In this document: one piece after another, positions 47,648 to 58,028 of the stretch
Numbering within the stretch: the stretch's first letter is position 1
How the letters are laid out: each line of letters begins with the position of its first letter
Assembly: GCA_044440125.1 (NCBI GenBank)
Contig: JBITAJ010000027.1
Span: 32,001 to 96,000 of the forward strand
Direction: 5' to 3'
Source: Sedimentisphaeraceae bacterium JB056
GTDB lineage: Bacteria; Planctomycetota; Phycisphaerae; Sedimentisphaerales; Sedimentisphaeraceae
DNA length: 64,000 nucleotides
Notes under the pieces: generated by a model
Told to the model about the DNA's origin: nothing
The model's database searches: none
What the model saw: only the letters and a program-made list of their open reading frames with translations
Position numbers and translations under genes: made by a program

Positions 47648-48970
47648 ATGAACATCCAAAAAATAGCATATCTCCTATTGATAACCATGAGTCTCTCGAA
47701 TATAGCCTTTTGCGGGCTTTCGGAGCATCTTCCAATGATCGGCAACGAAAAAGAAGTTGTTAGAGATGCACAGACAGGCAACGATATAATATTTCTTACT
47801 ACAGGTAAGTATATAAATTCGACGCAGTATCCTCACAACAAGGCCTGGCTTGAAAATGATAAGTACATTATGTTTGAATCGACTCGTCCTCGCCCTCAAG
47901 GTAAATCTACGGGCGATGGTTCTGATTACAGGCATGTAGAACGTCAGCTTTGTGCCGCTGATATTAATACCGGTGATATCTATCATTTAGCATCACTGGA
48001 AGTAGAGGATACGGCAAAGTACGGAGAAAATCATCTTTCAATGTCTTCGCAGTATCACAGTGATTACGCACCAGGCAGCAATGTTGTGGTTTATTACGAT
48101 ATGACAGGTCATAATCTTTATATGCTTGATCTTGATGATGGTCATAGAAAACTTCTGTGGAATGTGAAAGTTGGTACCATAGGCGACCCACCTTCGATAA
48201 CCGATGATGGAAGCCGGGTTGTTGTGTATGTCGCTATTCCCGGCCCCGATAACGGCGAGTTCTTTTCAGGTCGAACAACGGCGGTGTTCTACATCGATCT
48301 TGATCCTGAGACAAATGAGATTGTATCGGGTCCAAAGGTTGTTACTACATGGACTCACAGAACAGAGCAATCTAATCCGAAAAGTGCAAACGGTATAAAT
48401 TTGACTCATTCGGTTATAAATCCGGTAAACAAAGAAGAGCTTATATTCTGCCATGGCTATCCCGGTTATACGGATGGCTCTGTTGAAAAGGCACGTACAT
48501 GGTATGCCAAAACAGATGGCTCAGAAGTTAAGATGGCTAATTTGACAGAAAAGGGCTGGATAGAGACTCATGAGCTTTGGGGACCAAAAGGAAGATTGGT
48601 CTATTTTATCAAGATACGAGGCAATGGCGGCATATCAGCGGTTGAACCAAGGACCGGTAAGGTTATTGATTTGATAAAAGATATAGCTCCACGATGCCTT
48701 CATCTTTCAGTTAGCGGCAATGAAAAGAGATTTGTTTTTGATACGCAAAGATCTACCGTTGAGTTTCCTCTTGATGAGTATCAGAATCATATGGAGGATA
48801 TTGTACTCTTTGATCTGACTACAGGTAAAACAAAAGTCCTTGCTCATCAGCTTGAAGGCTTGCACCATCCAAGACAAATGCATCCGGGAATTAACAGAAA
48901 CGGTGACAAGGTTTATTTTACGGTTGCTGACGGGCCGCACAGCAGGGCTGCTTACCTCAATATTGACTAA
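47648..48970 (+). CDS. Secreted beta-propeller, oligogalacturonate lyase-like
   Basis: Signal peptide; RDAQTGNDIIFLT, QYPHNKAW, HSVINP...FCH, THELW, QMHPG motifs. Confidence 0.6.
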   Translation: MNIQKIAYLLLITMSLSNIAFCGLSEHLPMIGNEKEVVRDAQTGNDIIFLTTGKYINSTQYPHNKAWLENDKYIMFESTRPRPQGKSTGDGSDYRHVERQLCAADINTGDIYHLASLEVEDTAKYGENHLSMSSQYHSDYAPGSNVVVYYDMTGHNLYMLDLDDGHRKLLWNVKVGTIGDPPSITDDGSRVVVYVAIPGPDNGEFFSGRTTAVFYIDLDPETNEIVSGPKVVTTWTHRTEQSNPKSANGINLTHSVINPVNKEELIFCHGYPGYTDGSVEKARTWYAKTDGSEVKMANLTEKGWIETHELWGPKGRLVYFIKIRGNGGISAVEPRTGKVIDLIKDIAPRCLHLSVSGNEKRFVFDTQRSTVEFPLDEYQNHMEDIVLFDLTTGKTKVLAHQLEGLHHPRQMHPGINRNGDKVYFTVADGPHSRAAYLNID

Positions 48971-49002
48971 TTAATTCCCGGCAGTTTGAAAGAGGTTTTC
49001 CT

Positions 49003-49863
49003 ATGGCAATGAAAGATCGCCAAATAATTGAAGCACTTGAGTCGAGAGGTGTGTTTTTGACAACCTTCTCCAACAGCAGTACATTTGCGAGAGGCAAAGG
49101 TGCCGAAAAATATTTGCGAATGGTTTACATAAATTCCGGTAAAGGTTTTTGTGTTATTGATGGAAAAGAATATTTCGTTACTTCAGGTAATGCATTATTC
49201 CTTCTCGAAGGACAAAAGATATCCATATATAACAACCCGAACAGGAGTATATTCGCTTACAGCATAGTCTATAACAGGGACAGGTGTTATGAGGTTGTAG
49301 ACGAAGAAATGCTGAGGACTGTTTTCAGTAATCAAGAACCATTGGTAATGCCGGGCATGTATCTGCACCAGCTTGTAAGAATAATAAGAGGCTTTCTTGT
49401 TGAGCAAAATTGGGATTATCCTTATAAGGATTTCATTATCAAAAACGGTGCATTGACGATTTTGGCTCAGGTTTACAGGGTGAGGAAGCATGAGCATGAT
49501 GTTATAAATGCTGATGAGGTTTCGGCGAGAACGAGGGTTGAAAATGTGCTCAAGTATATTGAACAGCATTACTATGACCGTTTTACCCTGGAAGAAGTGT
49601 CGCATATGGCAAGGATGAGCAGCAGACATTTTTCTACGCTGCTTAATGATATTACCGGAAAGACATTTGTTAATTATCTTAATACGATAAGAGTAGAGAA
49701 TGCATGTGAGCTGCTTGAAGAGACAGATATGGCAGTATCTTCAATCGCATTTCATGTTGGGTTCGAGGAACTTTCAAGTTTTTATCGAGCATTCAAGAAA
49801 CGATTTGATATTCCACCTCTTCAATTCAGAAAAAGTAGAGAAAAGATAAAAGTGTGTAACTAA
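49003..49863 (+). CDS. AraC-family transcriptional regulator
   Basis: C-terminal double HTH (LEEVSHMARMSSRHFS...IAFHVGFEELSSFYRAFKK). Confidence 0.9.
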   Translation: MAMKDRQIIEALESRGVFLTTFSNSSTFARGKGAEKYLRMVYINSGKGFCVIDGKEYFVTSGNALFLLEGQKISIYNNPNRSIFAYSIVYNRDRCYEVVDEEMLRTVFSNQEPLVMPGMYLHQLVRIIRGFLVEQNWDYPYKDFIIKNGALTILAQVYRVRKHEHDVINADEVSARTRVENVLKYIEQHYYDRFTLEEVSHMARMSSRHFSTLLNDITGKTFVNYLNTIRVENACELLEETDMAVSSIAFHVGFEELSSFYRAFKKRFDIPPLQFRKSREKIKVCN

Positions 49864-49887
49864 TTTAAATCATAAGGAGACATTGCA

Positions 49888-52749
49888 ATGAAGAAAATTT
49901 TGTTTGTATTAATTTTTGCATCGCTGGTGATGGCGAGTGACCCAAATCTGGTCAGTCATTGGAAATTCGATGAAGAAGATGGGACTGTGGCTTCTGATTC
50001 ACAGGGGTTCTACAATCTTGATGTTCATGGAACAGTGTCAGCGGGAAACTGGCAAGCCGGTAAATTCGGAAACAGTATCCATCTTGACGGAACATCAAAT
50101 TTCGTAGGGCTTGGTTCTGGAAGCGTCTATGATTTTGGCGGATTTGTTGATATGACCATTGCTTTCTGGGTAAAGCTGGACACAATTCCTTCTCCGGTAG
50201 CATATATATTTGACAACAGCTACAGTGGCTACAAGTCAAATCTGGTAATAGTAGGCGGAGATCAAATAAGGATACAATCTCCTGAAGGAGACGTTACAGG
50301 GCCCGGGGGAGTACTCCAGGCTGAAGTATGGCATCATATTGCTTTCGTTGCGAAAAATACCGATGATGATGGATTGTTTGATCTTGAAGTTTATATTGAT
50401 GGACAGTTTTATGTTGCAAAGAGAGATCTTGCCAGAAACACACAAAACAGATTTGGCTGGGCGGCGTTTGGAGCCAATGCAGCATTAAACGGCGGTAATA
50501 ACTTCTTATCAGGCTCTTTCGATGATCTTAGAATTTATGACAAACCAATGGTTACGCAGGATGTTGTTGATTTGTACAACGAAACTGTTGATACTGGTTT
50601 TGACGATCAGGCAGACCTTATGAGTCACTGGAAGCTGGACCAGACTGATGGAACCACTGTTTATGACTCTTTAGGTTTCTACAATCTTGATGTTCATGGT
50701 GAGCCGAATGATATTTGGCAGGCCGGTAATTTTGGCAATGGAATCGCTACCGATGGTGCTACCAACTATATAGGCTTCGGCACAGGCAGTGTTTATGATT
50801 TTGGCGGTTTCGATAATATGACAATTGCTTTCTGGTTGAAGCTTGACAGCGTTACTGGTCCGACTGCATGTATATGGGATAATTCATATAGTGGATATAA
50901 ATCAAACCTCTATCTTGTCGGCGGTGATCAGATAAGAGTCCAGTGGCAGGATGGTTATCTTACCGGTCCTGCGGGAATCCTCCAAGCTGACACATGGCAT
51001 CATGTAGCCTTTATCTCCAGAGATACCGATGATGATGGACTTCGTGATTTTGAGGTTTATGTTGATGGAGAGTTCTATATAAGCAAGACTGATCTGCCTC
51101 GTGATACAACCGGTAAATTTGGATGGGCTTCATTTGGAGCAAGTGGTACACATGTCGGCGGAGCTAATTTCTTAGACGGTTCATTTGATGATATAAGAAT
51201 CTATTCCAAACCTCTTAATACCTGGGAAGTAAGCAGTCTCTACGATACCGTTGTGGAACCAATGACTGCTTTTGACAACAAAAAAGATCTGGAACTTTAT
51301 TGGCGGTTTGACGAAACAGCAGGTGTCAACATCGCTGATTCCTCAGGACGTGATATTTATGGTAAAATGTTCAATGATTTCGGTGATGACAGCCAGTGGG
51401 TTGATGGGATTTACGGTAATGCCATTTCACTGGTCGGAAATCCGAATGATGGGACTCAGGATCAATGTGTTACATTTGATTCATACAATAACCAGTATGC
51501 GTTTGGCCCATTCTCGGATAAGACTCTTACTATGTGGATTCAGCCGCAAGTGTTTTCAGGGGTGCAATTCCTGTTGAGTACATCTGTAGGTGAATACCGC
51601 CTGTATTTATACTTATATGAGGATAAAGTAGCGTTGAAATATACAAAGACAGATGGGGCTACTCCGCAAATAGTTTCATCAACTCCTCTTGTAATAGGCA
51701 ACTGGTATCATATCGCACTTGTTTCACGCGAATTGAGTTCTCTGGAATGCACTATGCAGGTCTATCTTAATGGTGAAAGCATCATTAATGTGACAGATGC
51801 TAAAACATTCCCAAGCAATCGAATTAACAACATGAGCTTCTTCGGTCATATTGCCAGTTCAGCAACTGCCGACCATTCATCTTTTGAAGGTCTTGCAGAT
51901 GAGCTTCGTATATATGGGTATCCAATGGATTTCCTACAGGTACAGGAGATTTATTCTTACGGCTCAATTCTTGCCGGTGATATTAACAGAAACTGTGTTT
52001 GTGATCAGGAAGATTTGGCAATAACTACAGAGCTTTGGCTTGGTGATACTACTGATGTGGCGGCAACCGAATCTATGATGGAAGACGGAGACTTCGAGTC
52101 TTACGCCGATCAGGCTGCGTTGGAAAGTGATTGGGCTGACAATGGTCTGGCTGCTTCTGCCGGTGCTACAACTTCAAGCACGGTTACTCTATTGACTAAT
52201 CCTGCCGATACATTCAGCGGCAGCAAGGCAATGCGATGGACCTATGACTGTGTTGATACAAGCGGAAGTGCTATTCACTTCACAGAGCTTATTTATACAT
52301 TAGGCAGCAGTCTCAATTTGAGTCAATATGACCAAATGATTCTTTGGATCAAGCCGCATGTCGGTAACAGTCTTGAAGATGCCATGTACATTAAGTTCCT
52401 TGATGGCGGCACTTCTTCGATTGATGCTAAAGCATTTGCGATTCGTGAGAGGCTTAACGGCTCAACTTCTCAGGTTGCAGGTCAGTGGCAGCAGTGGGTG
52501 ATTGACTTAAATAATCTCCTCTATAATGTTGACGGCATAGATGATCTTTCTCAACTTACTGACATCAGGGGATTGTATCTTGGCTGCTATAGCGGAGCAG
52601 GTCAGGGCGTTATAGATATTGATGATATTACTTTGGTAAGTAATTCGCAATGTTCTATGAGTGTTGAGGCTGATATCAACGGTGACTGCATTGTTGATCT
52701 TGATGATTATTCAACGTTGGCTTCTGATTGGCTGAAGTCAAGTAAGTAA
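49888..52749 (+). CDS. Secreted protein with three LamG-like domains, a CBM-like domain and two dockerin/EF-hand-like repeats
   Basis: Three repeats of HWKFDE...TIAFWVK...WHHIAF...FDDLRIYD; GDINRNC and ADINGDC calcium loops. Confidence 0.8.
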   Translation: MKKILFVLIFASLVMASDPNLVSHWKFDEEDGTVASDSQGFYNLDVHGTVSAGNWQAGKFGNSIHLDGTSNFVGLGSGSVYDFGGFVDMTIAFWVKLDTIPSPVAYIFDNSYSGYKSNLVIVGGDQIRIQSPEGDVTGPGGVLQAEVWHHIAFVAKNTDDDGLFDLEVYIDGQFYVAKRDLARNTQNRFGWAAFGANAALNGGNNFLSGSFDDLRIYDKPMVTQDVVDLYNETVDTGFDDQADLMSHWKLDQTDGTTVYDSLGFYNLDVHGEPNDIWQAGNFGNGIATDGATNYIGFGTGSVYDFGGFDNMTIAFWLKLDSVTGPTACIWDNSYSGYKSNLYLVGGDQIRVQWQDGYLTGPAGILQADTWHHVAFISRDTDDDGLRDFEVYVDGEFYISKTDLPRDTTGKFGWASFGASGTHVGGANFLDGSFDDIRIYSKPLNTWEVSSLYDTVVEPMTAFDNKKDLELYWRFDETAGVNIADSSGRDIYGKMFNDFGDDSQWVDGIYGNAISLVGNPNDGTQDQCVTFDSYNNQYAFGPFSDKTLTMWIQPQVFSGVQFLLSTSVGEYRLYLYLYEDKVALKYTKTDGATPQIVSSTPLVIGNWYHIALVSRELSSLECTMQVYLNGESIINVTDAKTFPSNRINNMSFFGHIASSATADHSSFEGLADELRIYGYPMDFLQVQEIYSYGSILAGDINRNCVCDQEDLAITTELWLGDTTDVAATESMMEDGDFESYADQAALESDWADNGLAASAGATTSSTVTLLTNPADTFSGSKAMRWTYDCVDTSGSAIHFTELIYTLGSSLNLSQYDQMILWIKPHVGNSLEDAMYIKFLDGGTSSIDAKAFAIRERLNGSTSQVAGQWQQWVIDLNNLLYNVDGIDDLSQLTDIRGLYLGCYSGAGQGVIDIDDITLVSNSQCSMSVEADINGDCIVDLDDYSTLASDWLKSSK

Positions 52750-52757
52750 AATTAATC

Positions 52758-52791
52758 TTATGGGGAAGGCATCGCCTTCCCCATAATTTTT
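52758..52791 (+). terminator. Strong hairpin/terminator
   Basis: TTATGGGGAAGGC/GCCTTCCCCATAA 13-bp stem plus T-run. Confidence 0.75.
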
Positions 52792-52804
52792 CAGGATATA
52801 TTTT

Positions 52805-53974
52805 ATGAAAAAGAAGATCGCTTTAATAGTGTTACTGCTGAGCAGTAGTATTTTTGCCGTAGAGCTTACGACACGGACTTTTCTTGATTCGACTACAGGA
52901 CGGCAAATTCATGCCGTTGGTGCTGATGGTGCGAATACTTGTCATCAGTATTTTACGGCCCAAAGCTGGGACTCTACTTCTACGAAATTGGCACTGTTTA
53001 CGAATGTGCTTAATGGTTATGGCGATCTTGTTGTATTTGATACGGTTACCGAAGAAACAACCTATGTTGACAGAACAAGATATTATTTTGCGGTTGTTTC
53101 ACCGACCAATAAGCTGTATTACACAAAAGATGCTTATGTATATTGCTTTGATTTAGAAACCAATCAGAATACCTTGATTACGGTTCATCCCTTCGGCAAG
53201 GCTTTCTACGGTGTTCCATCGGTTTCAAATGACGGCACTATCATGACTGTCTATTGGCGTGATGCAGAGGACAGGCCTCGAAACATATCAACGATCAATA
53301 CTGTCACGGGGGCCTTCAATACTATAATTGTTTCTTCATATATCAAATCTGTTTTTGGCGATGACAGCATAGATCATCCGATGGTCAATCCTGTTTACAA
53401 GAATCTTTTTTTCTATTGCCGCAATACTCTTACGGGTTTGCCGCTTTCCGACAGAACATGGGTTTACGACCAAGATCTTGATGTGCATAAGAATATTTAT
53501 GAGCAGAAATATGTTGATGAAAGCCTTGGAGAGTATGTTGGTCATGAAATGTGGGCTTATAATGGAGAGAAATTGTATTTTGTAAAATACAACAGCAGTC
53601 CTATAAAGCCAACTGGTTTGATGTGGGTTGATAAGTGGAACAGTGACGAGTACGGCTACGTTAATGGAGATTATTCGTATCTCCATGCATCGGTAAGTCC
53701 TGATGAGAAATGGATGTCGGCAGATACTGCTTACGTTTTAGGTCCTGTGGAAAGAGAATCAGATGTTTGTCTCATAAATATGAAAACAAAAAAGTCGAAG
53801 ATATTAGCAAAGGTTGATACCTGGGTCGATCAGCCAGGGCATGTACATCCTTCATTCAGCCAGGACAGCAAGAAAGTTACTTTTACATTTGCTGATGAAA
53901 ACAACAATCTATGGGTTGGGTATATTGATATCAGCGGAACTTTACATCTTAAGAATCGAAAGTGTAATCCCTGA
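52805..53974 (+). CDS. Secreted beta-propeller, oligogalacturonate lyase-like
   Basis: DSTTGRQI, HQYFTAQSW, DHPMVNP, GHEMW, HVHPSFSQD motifs. Confidence 0.7.
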   Translation: MKKKIALIVLLLSSSIFAVELTTRTFLDSTTGRQIHAVGADGANTCHQYFTAQSWDSTSTKLALFTNVLNGYGDLVVFDTVTEETTYVDRTRYYFAVVSPTNKLYYTKDAYVYCFDLETNQNTLITVHPFGKAFYGVPSVSNDGTIMTVYWRDAEDRPRNISTINTVTGAFNTIIVSSYIKSVFGDDSIDHPMVNPVYKNLFFYCRNTLTGLPLSDRTWVYDQDLDVHKNIYEQKYVDESLGEYVGHEMWAYNGEKLYFVKYNSSPIKPTGLMWVDKWNSDEYGYVNGDYSYLHASVSPDEKWMSADTAYVLGPVERESDVCLINMKTKKSKILAKVDTWVDQPGHVHPSFSQDSKKVTFTFADENNNLWVGYIDISGTLHLKNRKCNP

Positions 53975-53994
53975 TACAACAGAGTAGAATAATG

Positions 53995-54037
53995 AAAAAC
54001 GGCATAGATTTTTAACATAATCCATGCCGTTTTTTTT
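53995..54037. terminator. Bidirectional terminator
   Basis: AAAAACGGCAT/ATGCCGTTTTT stem between convergent genes. Confidence 0.8.
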
Positions 54038-54051
54038 ATTTTGTAAAAAGC

Positions 54052-55455
54052 CTAATTCTTAAGCATTTTTCTAATTGTATTCAGTTCTTGTTTGTACTTG
54101 TTATGAAGCAGCTGATACATTATTGCGCTGATGAATATATTGAAGCCTATCGATATCAACGCTCCAATATTAAGAGTTGAAGCCTCAAACTCCTGGTATT
54201 CGCTTATCATTCTATCAGTCAGTGTTATTATGCTTCCTATCGGACTTACCGGAATGAAAAATCCAGCGTTATCTGAAAGCCCGCCTAATATTAGAGGCAG
54301 AATTAAATATATGGCGGCTAATGTTCCCGCCAGATAATAGATGTGGCTTGCTATTGTTTTGTACTGGGTAGCCGCCTCTCCCATTATTATTAGGAACATA
54401 AAGCCGGTGACTGCTGATAATAGGAGCAGAAGTATGGTCAGATCGAAACCGCCAGCCCAGAATAATATTCCTCCAAGCGAAACAGCCCATAGTGCTACCT
54501 GCAGGCTTGCGGTAAGCAGGTTCGATTCAGCTAAAAGCATTCCGAAGTTTACGGCGTTTCTTTTATGTGCTTTTCTTGATAATTCTTCAAGGAATATCGG
54601 CGCACTCTGCGTGCTGGACAAAACCGTTATTATTAGTAATGTCGCAGTTATGCTTACCATTGCTCCAACGATTTCTGTTTTTATGTCCGGGATGAAAAAA
54701 CCTGCATACAGCAGAAAGAATGTTATGTAGAATAATACCGCTCTCTTTCTGTTGAATAACGGATGCCGTTCTTTGGTGAATTTACGTACAATCGTTATGT
54801 GTGCCCAAAATGTTATCGCGAGCATCATAATTATGCTGGTCAGGACGACAGGTATGTCGAATGAGAAATAGTTTGTTTTTGTAAGGAACTTTTCGTTTTT
54901 GACAAGCTGAACCAGTCCTATACTCAGGGGCATCGAGAAGAATAGAAGTATAGCGATAAAGATGCCTATGCTTGCATTTTTATTGATCTTTGTGTTGAGC
55001 GTTGAACTTAGCAGTCCTAAATGTGTTAATGTGAAATATCCGCATATATACAGTGCAGTCAGGGCTAATATGTTGAGAGGCATCAAGATGGTTGTGCTTA
55101 AAAGTATAAGCAGAATCAAATTCAATATTCCGAGAATAAGCGGTGCGATATTTGCTCCAAATACAACCGCCCATGTCTTTTGTTTTGCTGACAGCGGCAG
55201 CATTCTGAAAAAATCATAAGACTTATTATTCAATTCGTTATTGATTACGTTCGAGCTTATGAATGCCGGCCAGAGAAAGAAAAATGCCATTTGGCAAAAA
55301 GCAGTGAAACCAAACATTGTGTCATTGAAATCATTCTTGAGTGCGACCATGGCGGTTACGAATAATAATGAAAAATATATCAATGCGTATATGCCAAAAC
55401 GTTTGAATTTCATTGTGGCCGTTATATAACGATTTGTAAGTGGATTAGCCTGCAT
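54052..55455 (-). CDS. ABC-2-type permease-like membrane protein
   Basis: About 12 TM helices; NELNNKSYDFFRMLPLS motif; overlaps the ABC ATPase gene. Confidence 0.7.
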   Translation of the reverse strand: MQANPLTNRYITATMKFKRFGIYALIYFSLLFVTAMVALKNDFNDTMFGFTAFCQMAFFFLWPAFISSNVINNELNNKSYDFFRMLPLSAKQKTWAVVFGANIAPLILGILNLILLILLSTTILMPLNILALTALYICGYFTLTHLGLLSSTLNTKINKNASIGIFIAILLFFSMPLSIGLVQLVKNEKFLTKTNYFSFDIPVVLTSIIMMLAITFWAHITIVRKFTKERHPLFNRKRAVLFYITFFLLYAGFFIPDIKTEIVGAMVSITATLLIITVLSSTQSAPIFLEELSRKAHKRNAVNFGMLLAESNLLTASLQVALWAVSLGGILFWAGGFDLTILLLLLSAVTGFMFLIIMGEAATQYKTIASHIYYLAGTLAAIYLILPLILGGLSDNAGFFIPVSPIGSIITLTDRMISEYQEFEASTLNIGALISIGFNIFISAIMYQLLHNKYKQELNTIRKMLKN

Positions 55456-56419
55456 ATTGTACCTCCTTTTCTTCCGTTACCATAATCTCGCTGGCAGATG
55501 ATATCTCCATGAACAGCTCTTCAAGCTCTACCTTCTTTGCCGCAACAGCACAAACCTCGAATCCAGCCTCTATGAGATTTTTATTTATCTGTGCGAGTAT
55601 TTTATCTGTACCGTCATAATAAAATATAATTGTTGTGTCAGCGATGCTTTTAATTTCAGTTTCAGGTATTTGAACTATTATTTCAGCGGCAGCTTCAGGG
55701 CTTTCAATTACTTTAATCATTGCCTGGTATTTTTTGCCTTGCTTTCTTGTGATATCATCAACTGTACCGGATTCGATTATTTTGCCGTGATCCATGAACA
55801 CGACGTGGGAGCAGAAGCCTGATAGTTCGGTGAGTATATGTGATGATATGATGACCGTCTTGCCGAGGTTGCTTTGTTCTTTGAGTATGTTCCTCAGTAT
55901 GATGCGTGCTTGGGGATCGAGTCCGCTGGCCGGTTCATCAAGTAGGTAAACCTCAGGTTCCCATACAAGCATACATGCCAGACCGATTCGCTGAACCATA
56001 CCGCGTGAGAGTTCGGTGATATAACTGTCTGCTTTGTCACGCAGGTCAACTTTTCGCAAGACTTCTTCAATCTTGACTACGATATTCTCGGAAGGTACGT
56101 TATATGATTGAGCAAAGAAATTGAGGCACTCACGCAATGTGAGATCATTATAGAGTCCAAAGAAATCTGGGATGTATCCTACAATTTTTCGAACATCGAG
56201 ATAGTTTCTGGTTATATTCAGACCTGCTATCTTGCCATTGCCGCTGGTTGGCTCAAGCAGTGTTGCCAGCATTCTCAGCAGGGTGGTTTTGCCGGCTCCG
56301 TTAGGGCCTACAAGTCCGACTACACTTCCTTTTTCGATATTCAGATCGATATCATTAACTGCGACAAGCGAGCCGTATTCTTTGCGAAGCTTATCGAGTT
56401 CGATAATTGTCTCAGACAT
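55445..56419 (-). CDS. ABC transporter ATP-binding protein
   Basis: GPNGAGKTT, LSRGM, LLDEPASGLDP, SSH. Confidence 0.95.
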   Translation of the reverse strand: MSETIIELDKLRKEYGSLVAVNDIDLNIEKGSVVGLVGPNGAGKTTLLRMLATLLEPTSGNGKIAGLNITRNYLDVRKIVGYIPDFFGLYNDLTLRECLNFFAQSYNVPSENIVVKIEEVLRKVDLRDKADSYITELSRGMVQRIGLACMLVWEPEVYLLDEPASGLDPQARIILRNILKEQSNLGKTVIISSHILTELSGFCSHVVFMDHGKIIESGTVDDITRKQGKKYQAMIKVIESPEAAAEIIVQIPETEIKSIADTTIIFYYDGTDKILAQINKNLIEAGFEVCAVAAKKVELEELFMEISSASEIMVTEEKEVQYAG

Positions 56420-56474
56420 ATCCTTCCTCCACTTTCTATTAAGTTTTTATGTTATGTGAATATTGTTGCAGTTT

Positions 56475-57770
56475 TCAAGATATTTCGAGTTTTGTAGGGT
56501 TGAGTGTTTTGAGTAATCCTATTCTGTTCGAACCTATCCTGGCCTCTATTTTAACGGTGTTTTCTTCGTAACTTTCGTCTGTTATCTCTGCATGTTTCCT
56601 CAGGTAGCTTTGGAGTTTCCCGTTGGCTATCTCGCATACTATCCGGATTGTCTTCTGTGCTCCATTGATCTTCTCTGCTATATCCGAAGCCACTTTGTCA
56701 AGGTTCAGGTTTGCCTTTGCAGAGATGGTTATTGAAGTCGGATAGAGAGTTTGCAGAGTTTCAAGGTCGACGATATTTTTTATGGCGTCGCACTTGTTGA
56801 GCAGTATCAGCATGTCCTTGTCTTTGCAGCCGATCTCTTCAAGTACGTTGTTGACGCTTTCTATTTGCTCAAACACTCTTTCATTGCTTGCATCGACAAC
56901 ATGAAGCAGTAGATCAGCGTTTACAGCTTCTGCGAGGGTTGCCTTGAATGATTCCACGAGCTGGTGGGGCAGCTTGCGTACAAATCCTACGGTGTCGCTC
57001 AGCAGTGCCTGTGCGCCGCTTTCGAGCTGCCAGCGTTTTGTTCTTGTGTCAAGAGTTGCGAAAAGTTTGTTTTCCGCCAACACACCGGCTTCGGTCACAG
57101 CATTCATAACGGTGCTTTTACCTGCGTTTGTATAGCCTACAAGGCATATTTTGAATGTGTTTTCCCGAGCATCGATTTCCCTGTTACGGCGTTTCTCTAT
57201 GATTGCCAGTTCCCGTTTCAGGTCGGTGATTCGTTTGTTTACGAGTCGCCTGTCAATTTCGAGCTGTTTCTCACCTGTACCCCTTGTACCTACGCCGCCG
57301 CTTGCTGCGCCTGCGGTCACTGTGTCAAGGTGCGACCACATTCGGGTGAGACGCGGATATGTGTATTCAAGTTGTGCAAGTTCTATCTGGAGCTTGGCTT
57401 GTTTCGTTCTTGCTCCATTTGCGAAGATGTCAAGTATGAGTTCACTTCGGTCTACCACTTGAGTGTCGAGCATTGCTTCGAGTGCTCTTATCTGACCGGG
57501 CGAAAGGTCATTGTCGAATATTACCATGTCGGCTTCAAACAACTCAACCCTGTCGGCAAGCATCTCAGCCTTGCCGCGACCAATATATGTTGCCGGATTA
57601 ACAAGTGATATTTTCTGTTGAAACCTGTCAACTATTACAGCTCCAGCAGTTTCGCTGAGAGAGGTGAGTTCTGTCAAATTATCGCTGTCTTTTTCGTATC
57701 CTTTCAATATAGCCCCAACGAGAATCACTCGTTTGCCTGATATTGAAAGCTGCTGTCGTATTGTATCCAA
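56475..57770 (-). CDS. hflX: Ribosome-splitting GTPase HflX
   Basis: GYTNAGKST, LFATLD, DTVGF, NKCD, GEKQLEIDRR. Confidence 0.95.
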   Translation of the reverse strand: MDTIRQQLSISGKRVILVGAILKGYEKDSDNLTELTSLSETAGAVIVDRFQQKISLVNPATYIGRGKAEMLADRVELFEADMVIFDNDLSPGQIRALEAMLDTQVVDRSELILDIFANGARTKQAKLQIELAQLEYTYPRLTRMWSHLDTVTAGAASGGVGTRGTGEKQLEIDRRLVNKRITDLKRELAIIEKRRNREIDARENTFKICLVGYTNAGKSTVMNAVTEAGVLAENKLFATLDTRTKRWQLESGAQALLSDTVGFVRKLPHQLVESFKATLAEAVNADLLLHVVDASNERVFEQIESVNNVLEEIGCKDKDMLILLNKCDAIKNIVDLETLQTLYPTSITISAKANLNLDKVASDIAEKINGAQKTIRIVCEIANGKLQSYLRKHAEITDESYEENTVKIEARIGSNRIGLLKTLNPTKLEIS

Positions 57771-58028
57771 ATATAAAACCTTATTCTATCTATGTTTGCA
57801 TTTATGTTATGAGGTCAGCTTATTAACATTGAACATTCTGTTTGAATCTCAGATATAGTAATCCCTGAAATTAATCGAAGATTTTGACAAGATCGGCAGA
57901 TTTTTGCCTGTAACACAATGTTCAAGTCGTATTGTGACGAATAACGAAAAGATTTTATAATATATGTACCTGTTACGTCAAGTGTTATTTTGATTTATGA
58001 CTCTTGAAATGGATTTTTGACATAATAA

